Source: Pelomyxa schiedti
Taxonomy: Eukaryota; Protista; Evosea
Assembly (NCBI GenBank): GCA_020536535.1
Contig: JAHLWZ010000237.1
Coordinates: 1-39,941 of the forward strand
Direction of reading: 5' to 3'
DNA: 39,941 nucleotides
Shown here: positions 36,568 to 39,941 of the stretch, piece after piece
How positions within the stretch are numbered: the stretch's first letter is position 1
How the letters are laid out: each line of letters begins with the position of its first letter
The notes under the pieces: generated by a model
Database searches by the model: none
What the model saw: only the letters and a program-made list of their open reading frames with translations
Told to the model about the DNA's origin: nothing
Made by a program: the position numbers and the translations under genes

Positions 36568-36650
36568 GACACCATGGCAGAGTGGTCTAATGCGAGTGAC
36601 TAGAAATCACTTCTCCGTTGGAGGCGCAGGTTCAAATCCTGCTGGTGTCG
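36568..36650 (+). tRNA. tRNA-Ser(AGA)
   Basis: Acceptor stem GACACCA/TGGTGTC, anticodon arm AGTGA-CTAGAAA-TCACT, variable arm and discriminator G. Confidence 0.95.
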
Positions 36651-36750
36651 ATTTTTTTCTCCCCACTCCCAAACAACAACACCACAAGCACAACAAGAGG
36701 TTTTTTTCGATAGGGATAGGAAGAAAACAGTTCACTTAACGTTATTGTAT

Positions 36751-36824
36751 GCCTACTTAGCTCAGATGGCATGAGCGCTTGACTTTTAATCAAGTGGTCC
36801 TGGGTTCGAGCCCCAGAGTGGGCG
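36751..36824 (+). tRNA. tRNA-Lys(TTT)
   Basis: Acceptor stem GCCTACT/AGTGGGC, anticodon arm CTTGA-CTTTTAA-TCAAG and GGTTCGAGCCC. Confidence 0.95.
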
Positions 36825-37168
36825 GTCTTTTTATTATTGAAAGAGGATTTTTTTTTCTGTTTTTTACCCCACTTTTTTTTCACTTTGGCTAAGCCAAAGA
36901 ATGGCAAGAGAGTACAAAAGACAAACAGAGCTAAATAACAAAGAATCACAAATCAAAAGCAAAAGCAAAAGCAGTGTAACTACAGCAAAAAGACCCTATA
37001 AGAAGATGCCGTGCGTGTCACACAGCTGCACATATATTCATGAAGGTAAAAGCATCAAAAAAAGTCATAGAAACAAGCAACAACTCAACATATTTTGAGT
37101 AAAACAAAGGCTTCTTCTATACAACCAAAAGCACCACTCAAAAAAAAAAAAGAGAGAGAGAAAACATA

Positions 37169-37239
37169 GGGCTCTGCCCGGAATCGAACCGGGGCCACTT
37201 GTACCCAAAACAAGTATTCTGCCACTAAACAACAGAGCC
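37169..37239 (-). tRNA. tRNA-Pro(TGG)
   Basis: On the reverse strand: acceptor stem GGCTCTG/CAGAGCC, anticodon arm CTTGT-TTTGGGT-ACAAG and GGTTCGATTCC. Confidence 0.92.
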
Positions 37240-37391
37240 TGACGGTAGCCAACTTTTGGGGCCTATCCCCGGCATTCCCTCCCCCTTCTCCTTATCTGTC
37301 TGTAAATAAATAAAAACCAAAAGAGGGAAAAAAAAACCGAACAGAGGAGAGCAGTCCAAGGAATACACGCAGGCTCTCAGTCATTCTGCAA

Positions 37392-37463
37392 GCCCCATTA
37401 GCTCAGAGGAAGAGCACCGGATTTCTAATCCGGGAGTCGCAGGTTCGACCCCTGCATGGGGCG
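37392..37463 (+). tRNA. tRNA-Arg(TCT)
   Basis: Acceptor stem GCCCCAT/ATGGGGC, anticodon arm CCGGA-TTTCTAA-TCCGG and GGTTCGACCCC. Confidence 0.95.
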
Positions 37464-37556
37464 GAATACCTTTTTTCCTTGCCTGCCCTGGTCCTCTCCT
37501 CTTCTGTACTGAAAACTCTTTTTTTTAAAAAAAAAAATGAAGTAAAGAAGAGAAAC

Positions 37557-37639
37557 CGACACCAGCAGGGTTTGAACCTGCGCCTCCAAAGGAGAGTAGA
37601 TTTCAAGTCTACCGCGTTAGACCACTCCGCCATGGTGTC
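37557..37639 (-). tRNA. tRNA-Ser(TGA)
   Basis: On the reverse strand: acceptor stem GACACCA/TGGTGTC, anticodon arm GTAGA-CTTGAAA-TCTAC and variable arm. It is a close paralogue of the Ser(AGA) gene. Confidence 0.95.
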
Positions 37640-38229
37640 TTCCAATAAAAACTACCTGGAACATCCTGAGGGCAATGAAAGTGCCTCATCAAACACAGCA
37701 CACAATAAAAAACAAATTATTATTCGTGCCTCCTAACTGTTTGCGGCACAACTTTTCCTGAGGAAAGACTGAGAAAAAGTTGGTTTTGATCATGGAGGAG
37801 GAGGGTTGAAGGGAAAAAAAGAAACCTATACTTTTTCTTTACAACTCATTTTTACATGACACACCCAAAAATGCGAATTATCCCATGGCTGCAACGTTGC
37901 TTAACTCTCTGTAGATACATAGAGACCACCACACACTTTGATGACTCCCTTTGGCTTTCCCACAAAATTGAAGGTGATGCCTAGCTCCTCTCATTTAGAA
38001 CTCAATGGTAAGTAAGGTGAGCCACATGGCACTACTACAAAGCAAGCAAGCCAAGCAAGTAAGTTCCAGGGTTGCTTGGGCTGCTTGCTGCTGCTGTTGT
38101 CCACACACAGACAGTGGGCAACAGAGGCCTTTGCGCAGTAACCCCCCCCAAACCGCAACACAAACACTAAGTCTTCTGGCTGTGGATTGGGTAAAAAAAG
38201 AGCAGAGCTGACAATCAAGCCCATGGTTA

Positions 38230-39420
38230 TCCAATTACTCTCTACTTCATGCCGCTCATCTTCCCTTTAGATGACCTAATCCAGAGGACCACAGATGACA
38301 GCTGAGGTCACTGTTCCTGTCCCTTTGCGTTGGCATACCACACTCAGGGCAATTAGATACAGACAGTGCATGCCAGGTCCTGGAAACATGCTCCTCCACC
38401 ACATCCTTTCTGCATTTCCACACCTTGTCACACTGGTATGTGTGGCTTCTTTTTTCTTTCTTCAGTCTGATGTACTTTATTTAGGTTGTGGGATTTCTGG
38501 CTGAGAATAGGATGTCTGGTGGAATCTCACACCCCAATCCTGCTCTAAAGTGGGAAAAAAACACTACCAATTTGGAGACGGTGGAGTTAGGTACTTTAAT
38601 GATGCTTTTTTTTTTTTGCCTGAAGTCAAAAATCGACTTCAGGCCAGGGCACATCAGGGGAGAAGTGTACTCCAGGTGAGGCCATACTCGGGGGACACTG
38701 AAAGTGAAAACCTGAGGAACACGGAGCAGAGCTACACACCATTCTCCTGGGCAGTGTCAGTCCGGGGTACCTATTATGTTTGAGTGGGGTGATGATGAAA
38801 AGGGAGAGGGGGATTTACCATGGTTCCAGTAGGACAAGGTGAAACAAGGAAAAGAAGAAACATACCAGAGGCCAAGCTGCTGGAAGTCAACGGGCTCTGA
38901 TGCCAGCACTCTCCATGGGAGTGTTGAGTGTGGGAAAGGATCTAGAGATTGGAGGTGAGTACCCAGTAGACTGGGTAACTCCAAGCTGCACACGTTATCA
39001 AATGTGAGAAGTTGAAAAAGAAAAACAGAGTGAAAAGGTGTTAAGAAGGGATGTTGTAAATTGTGCAAGAGGGAACAATGGATATCTAGGCTCCCAATTT
39101 GATGAGACAATAGAGAGGTTGCAAACTCTGGACATCCAAAAGGAGAAACACCTTTGGTTTCTCAGACAAGACCTCTCATATTGAATTCCTGAATTCCCAC
39201 TCTCAGGCAGGGAATAGATTGGTTGCCTGTTGGGATGATCACCATAATGTGATGCATCACCCTGATGGTTCTAAACAAACGGAAACAGCAAGAATCTTGG
39301 ATGACTCCGAGAAATCCCTTGTGAGGGGGGTTTATTGCAAGACAGAAGGGTATATCCAACAACAGCACTGCCACCACAAGAGGGCAGCAACACCTCTCAC
39401 TCAGTCACAACACTTTTAAA
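38230..39420 (+). pseudogene. Possible decayed coding sequence of unknown family
   Basis: Purine-rich, coding-like composition. A + frame through about 38780-39420 reads protein-like but has scattered stops that are not bracketed by obvious introns. No motif was recognised. Confidence 0.25.
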
Positions 39421-39823
39421 CATTATACCTCACAATTACAAACACAATGAAAGACAAACCCGGCTGCTGTCCCGCCATAGAGTTACCCCAAAAAACACTT
39501 TTAGCATGTTCCGCGCTTGTAGCACATTCTGGTGCAGCTGGCATTTATGCTAGCTGCACCAGCAGATGCTAGCAGATCGTTTTCTTGTTTGCAGTGCTTT
39601 CTGGCTTTCTGCAGGAGATTGCAACAAAGCTGCCTGACCAGCTGCCCAAAAAACGCAGCACACAGTTTGCAGCAGAATGTGGTGCTGCTGCAGAAAAAAA
39701 GCAGGAAAAAAAGAAAAGCAGGAAAAGGAATATATAATAATAATTCCCGAAAAATTTGTATTAAATTCCCATCCAGATTAGGTACAGATGCTCTAATAAT
39801 GAGGGGTTTTTTTTGGGTGAGAT

Positions 39824-39940
39824 TAGACTTACCCTAAAAATCATTAATCAGCGTTTTCTCATCCATCTGGCAGAAATCGGCTTCACGCAACAGCTTTTGA
39901 TAAATCGAAAGCTGGCGATAAAACAAAAGTTTCCGTTCTG
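39824..39940 (-). repeat. 117-bp repeat, reverse complement of 838-954; probable transposon terminus running off the window end
   Basis: TAGACTTACCCTAAAAATC...TTTCCGTTCTG is an exact inverted match to 838-954. Confidence 0.9.
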
Positions 39941-39941
39941 G

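Noticed and set aside
37557-37639. Possible selenocysteine or suppressor tRNA
   Set aside because: The anticodon is TGA (reads UCA, Ser), not TCA, and the body is nearly the same as the Ser(AGA) gene.
838-39940. A single giant 39-kb transposon or endogenous virus with TIRs
   Set aside because: No transposase, integrase, polymerase or capsid gene lies inside, the content is housekeeping genes and tRNAs, and the sharp repeat boundary faces inward, which implies the elements lie outside.

Overview
This is a compact, intron-rich eukaryotic scaffold with many short GT-AG introns (about 35-60 nt) and intergenic spacers of only about 60-350 bp. An epsilon-proteobacterial-type three-domain NifU points to an anaerobic Archamoeba (Pelomyxa/Mastigamoeba-like; this is inference). 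Genes in order: mitochondrial-type aconitase apparently spliced onto a divergent uracil-DNA-glycosylase-like C-terminal domain (-), SF1/BBP (+), ATG16L-like (+), RING E3 (-), a large chimeric gene combining a PCMT-like methyltransferase, a sterile-alpha motif and a Cys-less pentameric ligand-gated ion channel (+), NifU with an N-terminal extension (-), P5A-ATPase (-), C2/Clu/TPR protein (-), RING protein (+), SmD2 (-), RS-domain/pseudokinase/PH/RhoGAP (+) and reticulon (+). These are followed by seven tRNA genes and a degenerate region. A 117-bp exact inverted repeat brackets the main contig. Several duplications next to N gaps look like assembly artefacts. The best candidates for new biology are the methyltransferase-SAM-pLGIC channel with no apparent signal peptide and the aconitase-UDG-like fusion. 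All gene models were spliced by hand, so boundaries are approximate.
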